The position numbers were made by a program, and so were the translations under genes. The notes under the pieces were generated by a model, which made no database searches, was not told the DNA's origin, and saw only the letters and a program-made list of their open reading frames with translations. Positions 1-9,209 of a stretch of 64,000 nt of DNA are shown here, in pieces; the first letter of the stretch is position 1; every line of letters begins with the position of its first letter. The stretch comes from an uncultured Acidobacteriota bacterium (lineage in GTDB: Bacteria; Acidobacteriota; Thermoanaerobaculia; UBA5066; Gp7-AA6), in assembly GCA_963764715.1 (NCBI GenBank), contig CAVXTP010000022.1:288001-352000 (forward strand), in the 5' to 3' direction.

Positions 1-513
1 GTGGTTTACGGGCCCGGCGACCGCGGTCTTTTCGTCTATTTCAAGATGGCCTCGACCGGGTGGATCCCGGTCCCCGCCGGCAGGACGCGGATCCAGCTGA
101 TCGGCGCCGAGCGCGCCGCCGTCGCGATCGCGCGGGCCGCCGCGGCGCCCCAGCTCGCCCGCCAGGTCCGGTTCCTGAGCGACCCCGGCGCCGTTTCGGT
201 CGGCGCGCTGGCCTCCGCGATCGCGGGGGCCTCGGGCCGCCGGGGACGGATGATTCACGTTCCCGACGTCGTCGTGCGGGCCCTCGGGCGGGCGGAAACC
301 CTCGTGGAGACCGTCACCCGGCGGTCCCGCCCGTTCAACGCCGACAAGGCCCGGGAGCTCCTGGCGGGCGACTGGATCTGCGACGCCGGCCCGGTCGAGC
401 GGGAGCTCTCCCTGCCGCCCCCCGTGCCCCTGCCGGAGGGCCTCGCCGCCGCCTGGGCCTGGTACCGGGGGGCCGGCTGGCTCCCGGAAGGCCCCCGGGG
501 CGCGGCTTTGTAA
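1..513 (+). CDS. NAD-dependent epimerase/dehydratase (extended SDR), C-terminal part; candidate ceramide reductase CerR
   Basis: 5'-truncated; VYGPGD motif typical of extended SDRs; lies directly upstream of spt and a bCerS-like gene. Confidence 0.6.
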   Translation: MVYGPGDRGLFVYFKMASTGWIPVPAGRTRIQLIGAERAAVAIARAAAAPQLARQVRFLSDPGAVSVGALASAIAGASGRRGRMIHVPDVVVRALGRAETLVETVTRRSRPFNADKARELLAGDWICDAGPVERELSLPPPVPLPEGLAAAWAWYRGAGWLPEGPRGAAL

Positions 514-517
514 AATT

Positions 518-526
518 TGCTAAGAT
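518..526 (+). promoter_or_regulatory. Extended -10 promoter element (TGcTAAGAT) upstream of spt
   Basis: AT-rich patch TAAAATTTGCTAAGAT 44 nt before ATG 571. Confidence 0.4.
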
Positions 527-570
527 CCGGGGCGCTGATTCGTCAGACGCTCACAAGGCAGGGGGAAGCA

Positions 571-1812
571 ATGAGCAAGGTCGCCCGGGCGATCCGACCG
601 GAGACGGTGGGGACAGCTCCGGTTTTCGAGAAGTGCTACCGGTACGAAGATGCGACGCGGGTCCGTCAGACCGGCTATTACTCCTTCTTCCGCGTGATCG
701 AGTCCGCCCAGGACCCGGAGGTCGTCCTGGACGGGCGGCGCCTCGTCATGATGGGCTCGAACAACTACCTCGGGCTCACCAACGATCCCCGCGTCAAGGA
801 AGCCGCGATCGACGCGATCCGGAAGTACGGATCCGGATGCGCGGGAAGCCGTTTCCTGAACGGAACCCTGGATCTGCACGTCCGTCTCGAGGAGCGCCTC
901 GCCCAGTTCATGCGGCAGGAATCGGCCGTGACGTTCTCGACCGGCTTCCAGGTCAACCTCGGCGCGATCGCGTGCCTCGTCGGCAAAGGAGACACGGTCT
1001 ACCTCGACAAGCAGGACCATGCCTGCATCATCGACGGCGCCCGGCTGTCCTTCGGCGACGTCAAGAAGTTCAAGCACAGCGACCCGGCCGACCTTCGCCG
1101 CCAGATGCGCAACGACGGGGAAGCCAAGGGGCGCCTCGTCGTGGTCGACGGGGTCTTCTCGATGGAGGGCGACATCGCGCCGCTGCCCGAGATCGTGGCC
1201 GTGGCGCGGGAGTTCGCGGCGGGCGTGATGGTCGACGACGCCCACGGCATCGGGGTCCTCGGGCCCACCGGCCGGGGCACGGCCGAACATTTCGGCCTCG
1301 AGCACGAGGTCGACCTCATCATGGGGACCTTCTCGAAGTCGATGGCCTCGGTCGGCGGCTTCATCGCGGGCAACGCGACCGTCATCGACTACGTCAAGCA
1401 CCGCGCCCGGACGCTGATCTTCTCGGCGGCCCCGCCGCCGGCCTCGGCCGCGGCCGCGCTCGCGACGGTCGAGATCATGGAACGGGAGCCCGAGCGGCGC
1501 GAGCGGCTCTGGGAGAACACCCGCTTCTTCGCCGAGGGCCTCCGCTCGCTCGGCTTCGACACCGGCGAGTCCCGGACCCCCGTCGTTCCCATCGTGGTCG
1601 GCGAGGACCTGACGGCGCTCCGGATGGTCCACCGGCTGCAGGAAGAGGGCGTGTTCGTCAACTGCGTCCTCTCGCCCGCGACGCCGCCGGGCCGGGCCCT
1701 GATCCGCACCTCGCTGATGGCGACGCATTCGCGCGCCCAGCTCGTCCGGGCGCTCGAGGCCTTCGAAAAAGTCGGACGCGAGGTCGGCCTCGTTCGGGTC
1801 GCCAGCGTCTGA
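571..1812 (+). CDS. spt: Serine palmitoyltransferase (alpha-oxoamine synthase family, PLP)
   Basis: GSNNYLGL, GSRFLNGT, DHACIIDG, DGVFSMEGD, DDAHG and PLP-lysine motif GTFSKS (SPT-type rather than BioF/Kbl); ATG 571 after GGGGGAAG. Confidence 0.75.
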   Translation: MSKVARAIRPETVGTAPVFEKCYRYEDATRVRQTGYYSFFRVIESAQDPEVVLDGRRLVMMGSNNYLGLTNDPRVKEAAIDAIRKYGSGCAGSRFLNGTLDLHVRLEERLAQFMRQESAVTFSTGFQVNLGAIACLVGKGDTVYLDKQDHACIIDGARLSFGDVKKFKHSDPADLRRQMRNDGEAKGRLVVVDGVFSMEGDIAPLPEIVAVAREFAAGVMVDDAHGIGVLGPTGRGTAEHFGLEHEVDLIMGTFSKSMASVGGFIAGNATVIDYVKHRARTLIFSAAPPPASAAAALATVEIMEREPERRERLWENTRFFAEGLRSLGFDTGESRTPVVPIVVGEDLTALRMVHRLQEEGVFVNCVLSPATPPGRALIRTSLMATHSRAQLVRALEAFEKVGREVGLVRVASV

Positions 1813-1828
1813 CGGCGCCGCGTCTCCC

Positions 1829-2980
1829 TTGAGCCCGACTTCCTCCACCGACGTCGTCATCCAGCGGATCGGCCGAACGCGGGCCGACTTGGAGCGGTTC
1901 TTCGACGTCGCCGACCGCATCTACGCGGCGGATCCCAATTTCGTGGCGCCGCTGCGCTCGGACGTCGCCAAGGTCTTCCAGGACGAGAACCCGTTCTTCC
2001 GGCACGGCGAGATCCAGCTCTTCGTCGCCCGGCGGGGCGAGAAGGACGTGGGCCGCGTCGCGGCGATCCTCGACCGCAATCACAACTCCTTCCACGGGGA
2101 GAAGGCGGCCTTCTTCGGGTTCTTCGAGACGATCGACGACCCGGAGGTCGCGGGACGGCTCCTCGACGCGGCCGCGCTCTGGGGGCGCGAGCGCAAGATG
2201 ACCGTCTTGCGCGGCCCGACGAACCCCACCTTGAACGACGAGGCGGGACTCCTCGTCGACGGCTTCGATTCGCCTCCCGTGCTGATGATGACCTACAACC
2301 CCCGGTCCTACGCGGCCCTCATCGAGGGCCAGGGGTTCCACAAGGCCAAGGACCTGCTGGCTTACTGGTTCCCCCTCGAGGAGAAGCCGCTCGAGCGGCT
2401 TTCCCGGGTCGCCGACCGGTTCCGGAAGCGGGCGCCGGACATCGTCGTCCGCAACGTGACGAAGTCCGGCCTGGCGCGGGACCTCGCGAAGATCCGGGAG
2501 GTCTACAACGAGGCCTGGGAGAAGAACTGGGGCTTCGTCCCGATGACCCCCGAGGAGATGGACTTCATGGCCGCGCGGTTGAAGCCCCTCCTCGTCGCCG
2601 AGCTGCTCTGGATCGCGGAGGCAAAGAAGCCGGACGGCGGGCTCGAGCCGATCGCCTTCATGCTGATGCTGCCGGATTACAACGTCGCGATCGCCCCGAC
2701 CCGGGGGAGGCTGCTGCCCTTCGGCTGGCTGAAGTTCCTGCTCGCGCAGCGCAAGATCAAGACCGTGCGCGTCCTGATCCTCGGCGTCAAGCGGCCCTGG
2801 CGGATGTCGGGCGTCCAGTCGATCATGATGGCCGACTCGCTGCGCTTCCTGCTCGGGAAGGGCTACACCGGGGCGGAAGTCTCGTGGCTCCTCGAGGACA
2901 ACGAGCTCGTGATCGGGGCCGTCCGCCTCTGGGGCGGCAGGCTCTACAAGACCTACCGGATCTACGAGAAGCCGCTGTAG
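1829..2980 (+). CDS. GNAT-fold N-acyltransferase, bacterial ceramide synthase (bCerS/YghO)-like
   Basis: GRVAAI, FFGFFE, GLLVDGF-x-PP-x-MMTYNP, YNEAWEKNWGFVPMT, SWLLEDN; adjacent to spt. Confidence 0.7.
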   Translation: MSPTSSTDVVIQRIGRTRADLERFFDVADRIYAADPNFVAPLRSDVAKVFQDENPFFRHGEIQLFVARRGEKDVGRVAAILDRNHNSFHGEKAAFFGFFETIDDPEVAGRLLDAAALWGRERKMTVLRGPTNPTLNDEAGLLVDGFDSPPVLMMTYNPRSYAALIEGQGFHKAKDLLAYWFPLEEKPLERLSRVADRFRKRAPDIVVRNVTKSGLARDLAKIREVYNEAWEKNWGFVPMTPEEMDFMAARLKPLLVAELLWIAEAKKPDGGLEPIAFMLMLPDYNVAIAPTRGRLLPFGWLKFLLAQRKIKTVRVLILGVKRPWRMSGVQSIMMADSLRFLLGKGYTGAEVSWLLEDNELVIGAVRLWGGRLYKTYRIYEKPL

Positions 2981-3039
2981 GGGCGGGGCTCGTCCCCGCC
3001 CTCAGGCGCCGAAGGACAGGCACAAGGCCCGCCCCCTAC
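2977..3039. repeat. GTAG-tagged REP inverted doublet (REPIN-like)
   Basis: GTAGGGGCGGGGCTCGTCCCCGCCC (2977-3001, +) and GTAGGGGGCGGGCCTTGTGCCTGTCC (3014-3039, -), each GTAG plus an internal palindrome. Confidence 0.7.
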
Positions 3040-3929
3040 GCTGTGCTTGGCGCGGAGGCTGAGGCTCGGGCCCGACCGGCCATGATCCGGTCGTAGATCC
3101 AGTCCCCGATGGGCACGCTGACGAACGCCAGCGTCGTCCCCGCGATCAGGTCGATGACGTAGTGGAACCGGCAGAAGACCGTCGAGATGATCAGGCCGGT
3201 CGCGATCGGGAGAAGGATCCAGAACACGTCCCGCGCCCGCTTCCACGCGACGAGCAGCACGGCCACCGAGATCATCGTGTGTCCCGAGGGGAAGACGTCG
3301 AGCTTGGTCTTCTCGAGGTGGTTGATGCTGTCGTTGATGACCCGCGCGACCGGGGACTCGGTCAGCGACTTCGTGTAGAGCGAGGCCTGGGCGAAGCGCG
3401 GCCCGAGCGCCGGGATCGTGAAGTAGCCGGCGTAGGAGACGTAGTAGACGACCATGAGCGTGAACACGTAGCGGCGGGCGGTCGCGCGGTCGCGGGCCCA
3501 GAGGACGAGACCGAGCGACAGGGCGATGAAGTAATAGGTCGCGTAGAATACGTAGAGGACGTCGTTGACCCCGGGCCGCGCGAACCGCTCCAGCCAGACC
3601 GTCACGTCGACGCCGAAGATCGCCCGGTCCGCGGCGATCAGGAGGTCGTCGCGGGCGCCGCCGCGGGTCGCCATGATGAGGGGCGAGAGGGTGTTGAACA
3701 GGATCGGAAGGAAGATGGCGGGGTAGAAGTCGAGGAAAATAGTCACCGGGGCCGGCAGGTCGTCCTCGCGCTTGGCGAGGGGGACGATCACGCCGATGGC
3801 CGCGGCGAGTGCGCCGTAGGCGAGCAGGTTGCCGTTGGGGTTGCCGAGGCGGTCGTAGAAGATGACCGTCAGGACCGCGAGGATGGCGATCGCACCCAGG
3901 TGGATGGCCTCGGTTGGTCGGATGCGCAC
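3036..3929 (-). CDS. Membrane PAP2 superfamily protein, AUR1/IPT1 (inositol-phosphoceramide synthase)-like
   Basis: Several TM helices; PALGPRF, DVFPSGHT, RFHYVIDL; no K-x6-RP C1 motif. Confidence 0.65.
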   Translation of the reverse strand: MRIRPTEAIHLGAIAILAVLTVIFYDRLGNPNGNLLAYGALAAAIGVIVPLAKREDDLPAPVTIFLDFYPAIFLPILFNTLSPLIMATRGGARDDLLIAADRAIFGVDVTVWLERFARPGVNDVLYVFYATYYFIALSLGLVLWARDRATARRYVFTLMVVYYVSYAGYFTIPALGPRFAQASLYTKSLTESPVARVINDSINHLEKTKLDVFPSGHTMISVAVLLVAWKRARDVFWILLPIATGLIISTVFCRFHYVIDLIAGTTLAFVSVPIGDWIYDRIMAGRARASASAPSTA

Positions 3930-3977
3930 GCGCCTTTATAACCGACCCGGGGCGGGTGCGATAGACTCGAGGCTCCC

Positions 3978-5282
3978 ATGAAAGCGCGCGCGTGGCTCGC
4001 CGCCGCGGCGTTCGCGGCCGCCGCCGCCTCGCCCTCGGCGCCGACCGGCCCCCTGGTGGTGACCGGCCGGATCGACACCATCGTCCATCCCGCCGCCGCC
4101 GACTATCTCCGGAGGCTCCTCGAGGACGCGCAGTCGGACGGCGCGGCGCTCGTCGTGCTGATGCTCTCGACGCCGGGCGGCCTTCTCGCGTCGACGCGCG
4201 ACATGAGCTCGGCGATCCTCGCCTCGAAGGTCCCCGTCGCGACGTTCGTGGCGCCTTCGGGCGCCCAGGCGGCCTCCGCCGGCTTCTTTCTCCTCCTCTC
4301 GGGCGACGTCGCGGCGATGGCGCCGGGAACTAACACCGGCGCGGCGCACCCCGTCGGCGGCGAAGGGCAGGAGCTGCCCAAGACAATGAACGAGAAGGCC
4401 GAGCAGGACGCCCGCGCGTTCGTCCGGACGCTCGCGCGGGAACGGGGCCGCAACGTCGCGAAGGCGGAGGCGGCCGTCGAGAAGAGCGTCTCCTACACGG
4501 ACACGGAAGCGCGGGAGGCGGGCCTCATCGAGGTCATCGCGCGGGACGTCCCCGACCTCGTGGCGCAGCTCGACGGCCGGACCCTCCGGCGGGTCGGCGG
4601 AACGGAGACGAAGCTCGCGCTCGCGGGGGCCCGGATCGAGAGCCGCGACATGGGGCGCCTGGAGAAGCTTCTCGGCGTCGTGTCCCACCCCAACGTCGCC
4701 TACGTCCTCTTCCTCCTGGGCCTCGTGGGCCTCTACTTCGAGCTCTCGACGCCGGGCGCCATCCTGCCGGGGGTCGTCGGCGGGATCTCGCTCCTGCTGG
4801 CGCTCTACGCGTTCTCGGTCCTGCCGGTCAACATCGCGGGCCTCGCCCTGATCCTCTTCGCGATCCTGCTCTTCGTGGCCGAGATCAAGGTCGTCAGCCA
4901 CGGCCTGCTCTCGCTCGGCGGAGCGATCGCCCTGATCGCCGGCTCGCTCCTGCTCTTCACCGGCAAGGGGGACGCCGCCGGCTACCGCGTCGATCTCGGG
5001 ATCATCGTTCCCGGCCTCGTCCTGACGCTCGCGATCGTCGGGCTCCTGACCTGGAAGACCCTCCAGCTGCGGCGGACCGTTCCGCGCACGGGACTGGAGG
5101 CCATGGTCGGCACCGACGGGCGGGTCGTCGACGGCTTCGGCCCGGGCGCCGCGCGGGGGCGCATCCAGGTCGTTGGCGAGTACTGGGAGGCGGCCGGACC
5201 GGAGGGGCTCGTCCCCGGCGACGCGGTCCGCGTCGTGCAGGTCGACGGGAACACGCTGCGCGTGGAACGGAGGAACCCATGA
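3978..5282 (+). CDS. nfeD: NfeD long-form membrane-bound serine protease (ClpP-like, TM and OB domains)
   Basis: Signal peptide, [25 protein letters not shown] bundle, C-terminal GEYWEA OB fold; precedes SPFH gene. Confidence 0.9.
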   Translation: MKARAWLAAAAFAAAAASPSAPTGPLVVTGRIDTIVHPAAADYLRRLLEDAQSDGAALVVLMLSTPGGLLASTRDMSSAILASKVPVATFVAPSGAQAASAGFFLLLSGDVAAMAPGTNTGAAHPVGGEGQELPKTMNEKAEQDARAFVRTLARERGRNVAKAEAAVEKSVSYTDTEAREAGLIEVIARDVPDLVAQLDGRTLRRVGGTETKLALAGARIESRDMGRLEKLLGVVSHPNVAYVLFLLGLVGLYFELSTPGAILPGVVGGISLLLALYAFSVLPVNIAGLALILFAILLFVAEIKVVSHGLLSLGGAIALIAGSLLLFTGKGDAAGYRVDLGIIVPGLVLTLAIVGLLTWKTLQLRRTVPRTGLEAMVGTDGRVVDGFGPGAARGRIQVVGEYWEAAGPEGLVPGDAVRVVQVDGNTLRVERRNP

Positions 5283-6037
5283 GTCTTTTCTCGCTGCCCG
5301 GGCTCGCGGTCGCCGGCTTCGTCGGCCTGCTCTTTCTCTTCAAGTGGATCAACGTCCTGAACGAGTACGAGCGCGCCGTCACGTTCTGGCTGGGTCGCCT
5401 CGGAAAGGTCCCGAAGGGGCCGGGTCTCGTCCTGATCTTCTGGCCGTTCGAGCGGATGGTGCGGATCTCGCTGCGCACCGTCGTCCACGACGTGCCGCCC
5501 CAGGACATCATCACCAAGGACAACGTCTCGGTGAAGGTCAACGCCGTCGTCTATTTCCGCGTCGTCGCCCCCGAGAAGGCGGTCGTCCAGGTGGAGAACT
5601 ACCTCTACGCGACCTCGCAGCTGGCCCAGACGACGCTGCGCAGCGTGCTCGGTCAGGCGCTCCTCGACGAGCTCCTGTCGGAGCGCGAAAAGCTCAACCT
5701 CGACCTCCAGAAGGTCATCGACGAGCACACGCAGCCGTGGGGCATCAAGGTCTCCCTGGTCGAGGTCAAGCAGGTCGACCTGCCGCCGGAGATGCAGCGC
5801 GCGATGGCCAAGCAGGCCGAGGCCGAGCGCGAGAAGCGGGCGAAGATCATCCACGCCCAGGGAGAGCTCGAGGCCGCGACCGCGTTGTCCAAGGCGGCCG
5901 AGATCATCGACCGCCAGCCGGCGACGCTGCAGCTGCGATATCTCCAGACCCTGACCGAGATCGCCAACGAGAAGAATTCGACGATCGTTTTTCCGCTGCC
6001 GATCGACCTGATCTCGATGTTCCTGAAACGGGGCTAG
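5279..6037 (+). CDS. SPFH/stomatin-like (slipin) protein
   Basis: [51 protein letters not shown]; ATGA overlap with nfeD. Confidence 0.92.
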   Translation: MSLFSLPGLAVAGFVGLLFLFKWINVLNEYERAVTFWLGRLGKVPKGPGLVLIFWPFERMVRISLRTVVHDVPPQDIITKDNVSVKVNAVVYFRVVAPEKAVVQVENYLYATSQLAQTTLRSVLGQALLDELLSEREKLNLDLQKVIDEHTQPWGIKVSLVEVKQVDLPPEMQRAMAKQAEAEREKRAKIIHAQGELEAATALSKAAEIIDRQPATLQLRYLQTLTEIANEKNSTIVFPLPIDLISMFLKRG

Positions 6038-6080
6038 GAGTCTCTTTCCCAAGCCGGCGGCGGCACGCTAAACTGCCTCC

Positions 6081-6770
6081 GTGCCCGAGCCCCGCACGCA
6101 CTATCTGATCTCGCTGACGGCCCGGCAGGCCGTCGGCGCGTTTCTCGGCCTCGTGCTGTCGCTTGCCGTGGCCTTCTTTTTCGGGCTGATGGCGGGCTCC
6201 TCCGGCCGGGGGCGGGACGCTTCCGCGCCCGTCGAGGTCGCCGCCGCGGCGCCGGTCGCGGCCGGAGACGCGGCCGAGGCCATGCCGCCCGTCGAGACCG
6301 CCGTGCCGACGGCCGTCGTTCCGGCCGGGCCGCTCGGCTCGCGGACGGAGCTCGCGGGGGGCATCGTCGCCGCCACTCCACCCGCCGCGGAGCCGACGGT
6401 ACCGGCGACGCTCCACCCGTTCGAGGACGGGACGGCCGAGGAGTCTTCGCCGGTCGCCTCGGCCTCCGGCGGTCGCGGGCCCTCGGCACCGAAACCCGCG
6501 GAGCCAACGTCCGCGAAGGCCTCCGGAAAATTCTGGGTCCAGGTCGCCTCGCTTTCGTCCCACGACGAGGCCGGGGCGCTCTCGAGCCGGCTCGCCAGGC
6601 GAGGATTCAAGTCCCAGATCCTGACGGCCGCCGGCCCGAAGGGAAAAGGCAAGGTCTACCGGGTCCGCGTCGGGCCCTACCGCACCGAGGACGACGCGAA
6701 CCGCGCGGCCGGCAAGCTCACGAAGCAGGAGAACGTCAAGTCTCCCTGGGTCGTGCCGGACGGACAATGA
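6081..6770 (+). CDS. SPOR domain protein (FtsN/DedD-like)
   Basis: N-terminal TM helix, Pro/Ala linker, C-terminal FWVQVAS...YRVRVGPY SPOR motif. Confidence 0.85.
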   Translation: MPEPRTHYLISLTARQAVGAFLGLVLSLAVAFFFGLMAGSSGRGRDASAPVEVAAAAPVAAGDAAEAMPPVETAVPTAVVPAGPLGSRTELAGGIVAATPPAAEPTVPATLHPFEDGTAEESSPVASASGGRGPSAPKPAEPTSAKASGKFWVQVASLSSHDEAGALSSRLARRGFKSQILTAAGPKGKGKVYRVRVGPYRTEDDANRAAGKLTKQENVKSPWVVPDGQ

Positions 6771-7675
6771 AGACCGGGACCGCGCCGTTGCCCGTCCGCG
6801 CCCCCGAGTGGATCCGGGCGCGCAAGCTCAGGCTCTCCGACCTCCACGCGGTCCGCTCCGTCATGCGGGACAACGCGCTCCATACGGTGTGCGAGGAGGC
6901 GCGCTGCCCGAACCGGGGCGAGTGCTTCGCCCAGGGCACCGCGACGTTCCTCCTGCTCGGCGACGTCTGCACCCGGGCCTGCGGTTTCTGCCACATCGCC
7001 AACGGGAGACCCCGGCCGGTCGATCCCCTCGAGCCCGCCCGCGTTCGGGCGGCGGCGGAGCGGATGAAGCTCCGCTTCGTGGTCCTGACGTCGGTCGATC
7101 GCGACGACCTTCCCGACGGCGGGGCCTCGCACTTCGCCGCGGCGATCCGGGCGGTGCGCGCGATCGACCCCGCGCCCGGAGTCGAGGTCCTGACGCCCGA
7201 CTTCCTCGGGCGCCGGGACTCGCTCGCCGCCGTCCTCGCGGAGAAGCCCGACGTCTTCAACCACAACGTCGAGACGGTGCCCCGGCTGTACCGCGACGTC
7301 CGCCGGGGCGCCAGGCTCGAGCGCTCGCTCGGCCTGCTCGCCGCGGCCCGTGAGATGGAGCCGGGTCTGACGACCAAGTCCGGCTTCATGCTGGGGCTCG
7401 GCGAGCGCGAGGACGAGGTCGAGGATCTCCTCGCCCGGATGCGCGACGCCGGTGTCGACATCGTGACGATCGGTCAGTACCTGCAGCCCTCGCGCGAGAA
7501 CCTGCCGGTCGTGGAGTACGTTCGGCCCGAAGTTTTCGATCGCTACCGCGAGAGGGGCGAGGCCCTCGGCTTCCGGCACGTCTTCGCGGGTCCGTTCGTG
7601 CGCTCGTCCTACCACGCCGAGGAGGCGCTCCACGCCGCCGGAACGGCCTCCGGCGACGCGGCCCGCCCCGTCTAG
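6767..7675 (+). CDS. lipA: Lipoyl synthase
   Basis: CEEARCPNRGEC, CTRACGFC radical-SAM motif, VRSSYHA. Confidence 0.95.
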   Translation: MKTGTAPLPVRAPEWIRARKLRLSDLHAVRSVMRDNALHTVCEEARCPNRGECFAQGTATFLLLGDVCTRACGFCHIANGRPRPVDPLEPARVRAAAERMKLRFVVLTSVDRDDLPDGGASHFAAAIRAVRAIDPAPGVEVLTPDFLGRRDSLAAVLAEKPDVFNHNVETVPRLYRDVRRGARLERSLGLLAAAREMEPGLTTKSGFMLGLGEREDEVEDLLARMRDAGVDIVTIGQYLQPSRENLPVVEYVRPEVFDRYRERGEALGFRHVFAGPFVRSSYHAEEALHAAGTASGDAARPV

Positions 7676-7679
7676 CCGC

Positions 7680-9209
7680 GTGGCGGTCGGGACCGGTCGC
7701 TGGCGCACCCTCGGGGCGGGCGCCGTTTCGGGGATCCTCTTCGCCCTGGCCTTTCCGCCGTTCGGCTGGGTCGTCCTCCTCCCGCTCGCCTTGATCCCCT
7801 GGATCGTCGCGCTCTCCGTCGAAGAGAGCCGCACGCGGGCGCTCTTCTCCGGCGTCGTCTTCGCCTTCGCCTACTGGTGCCTCTCGATCCGGTGGATCGC
7901 CTACGTCGTGACCGTGTACGGGGGACAGAGCGGGGTCATGGGGATCGTGAGCCTCGGGCTGACCGCGGCGATCCTGTCGCCGCCCTTCGCGCTGGTGGGC
8001 TGGGGCATGGTCGCCGTCGCCCGTCCGGGGCGGGGCGCGCGTCTCGCGGTCTTCCCGCTGCTGTGGGTCGCGGGAGAGCACCTGCGCACGATCTTCGCCG
8101 CTGGATTTCCGTGGAACCTGACGGCGCACGCGCTCTACCGGCACCCCGTCTGGCTCCAGTCGGCGTCCGTCTGGGGGGTCTACGGCGTCGGGGCCGCCGT
8201 CGCGGCCGTCTCGGCGCTGCTCGCCCGGGCCGCCCGGACGCGCCGGCTTCGGCCCGCCGTCATCGCGGCCGGCCTCGTCCTGGCGTTCGGCGTCTTCGGA
8301 GCGATGCGGCTCGGCCGCCCCGGGGAGGCGGGGCCGGAGCTCCCGGTGGCGCTGCTCCAGCCCAACCTGACGGAGGAGGACCGGTCGACGTCCCGCTCCC
8401 GGGTCGACGGCTACCTCGCCGTCCTCGCCCAGCTCGACGAGGCCGCGCGCCGCGGCGCGGAGCTTCTCGTCGTCCCCGAGTCCACGCTGCCGATCACCTG
8501 GCAGGGAAGCGAACGCCTGCGAAGCGATCTCGGCGCGATCGCCGCGCGCGGCCCGATGATCCTCTTCAACGACTTCGAGGAGGAGAGCGAGGAGCGCTAC
8601 TTCAACGTCGCGCGGCTCCTGGACCGGAACGGCCTCGCCGGGCCGCCGTACCGCAAGGTGCACCTGGTGCCCTTCGGCGAGTACGTGCCGCTGCCGCGGC
8701 TCTTCTTCTTCGTCCGGAGGATCTCGCGGGCCATCGGCGAGTTCACCCCGGCGCCGGGCCCGGTGCTCCTGAGGAGCGGGCCGGTCGCGATCGGCGTCGG
8801 CGTCTGCTACGAGATCATCTATCCGTCGCTCGCGCGCCGCGAGGTCGCCGACGGCGCCAACCTGCTGGCGACGGTCTCGAACGATTCCTGGTACGGGCGG
8901 GGCGGCGCGCAGCAGCAGCACTTCGCCGGCGCCCTCCTGCGCTCGGTCGAGACGGAGCGCTACCTCGTGCGGGCCGCGATCACGGGGATCTCGGGGATCG
9001 TCGATTCCCGGGGCCGGATCCTCGCCGAATCCCGGCCGGACGAGAAGGCCATCGTGTTCGGACGGGTGCGGCTCGAAACGGCGATGACGCCGTGGACGCG
9101 CTGGGGCCATCGGCTTCCGGCCGTCGCCGACGCCGCCGCGCTCGCCGTGCTAATCTTCGGCCTCGCGCGCGCCGGACGCGGCCGCCCGCGACCCATGACC
9201 TCCGCATGA
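7680..9209 (+). CDS. lnt: Apolipoprotein N-acyltransferase
   Basis: TM domain with GFPW; CN-hydrolase motifs VPES, KVHLVPFGEYVP, VCYEIIY, SNDSWYG. Confidence 0.92.
   Translation: MAVGTGRWRTLGAGAVSGILFALAFPPFGWVVLLPLALIPWIVALSVEESRTRALFSGVVFAFAYWCLSIRWIAYVVTVYGGQSGVMGIVSLGLTAAILSPPFALVGWGMVAVARPGRGARLAVFPLLWVAGEHLRTIFAAGFPWNLTAHALYRHPVWLQSASVWGVYGVGAAVAAVSALLARAARTRRLRPAVIAAGLVLAFGVFGAMRLGRPGEAGPELPVALLQPNLTEEDRSTSRSRVDGYLAVLAQLDEAARRGAELLVVPESTLPITWQGSERLRSDLGAIAARGPMILFNDFEEESEERYFNVARLLDRNGLAGPPYRKVHLVPFGEYVPLPRLFFFVRRISRAIGEFTPAPGPVLLRSGPVAIGVGVCYEIIYPSLARREVADGANLLATVSNDSWYGRGGAQQQHFAGALLRSVETERYLVRAAITGISGIVDSRGRILAESRPDEKAIVFGRVRLETAMTPWTRWGHRLPAVADAAALAVLIFGLARAGRGRPRPMTSA

Noticed and set aside
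571-1812. bioF or kbl assignment
   Set aside because: GTFSKS motif and bCerS/CerR-like neighbours favour spt; no bio or tdh genes adjacent
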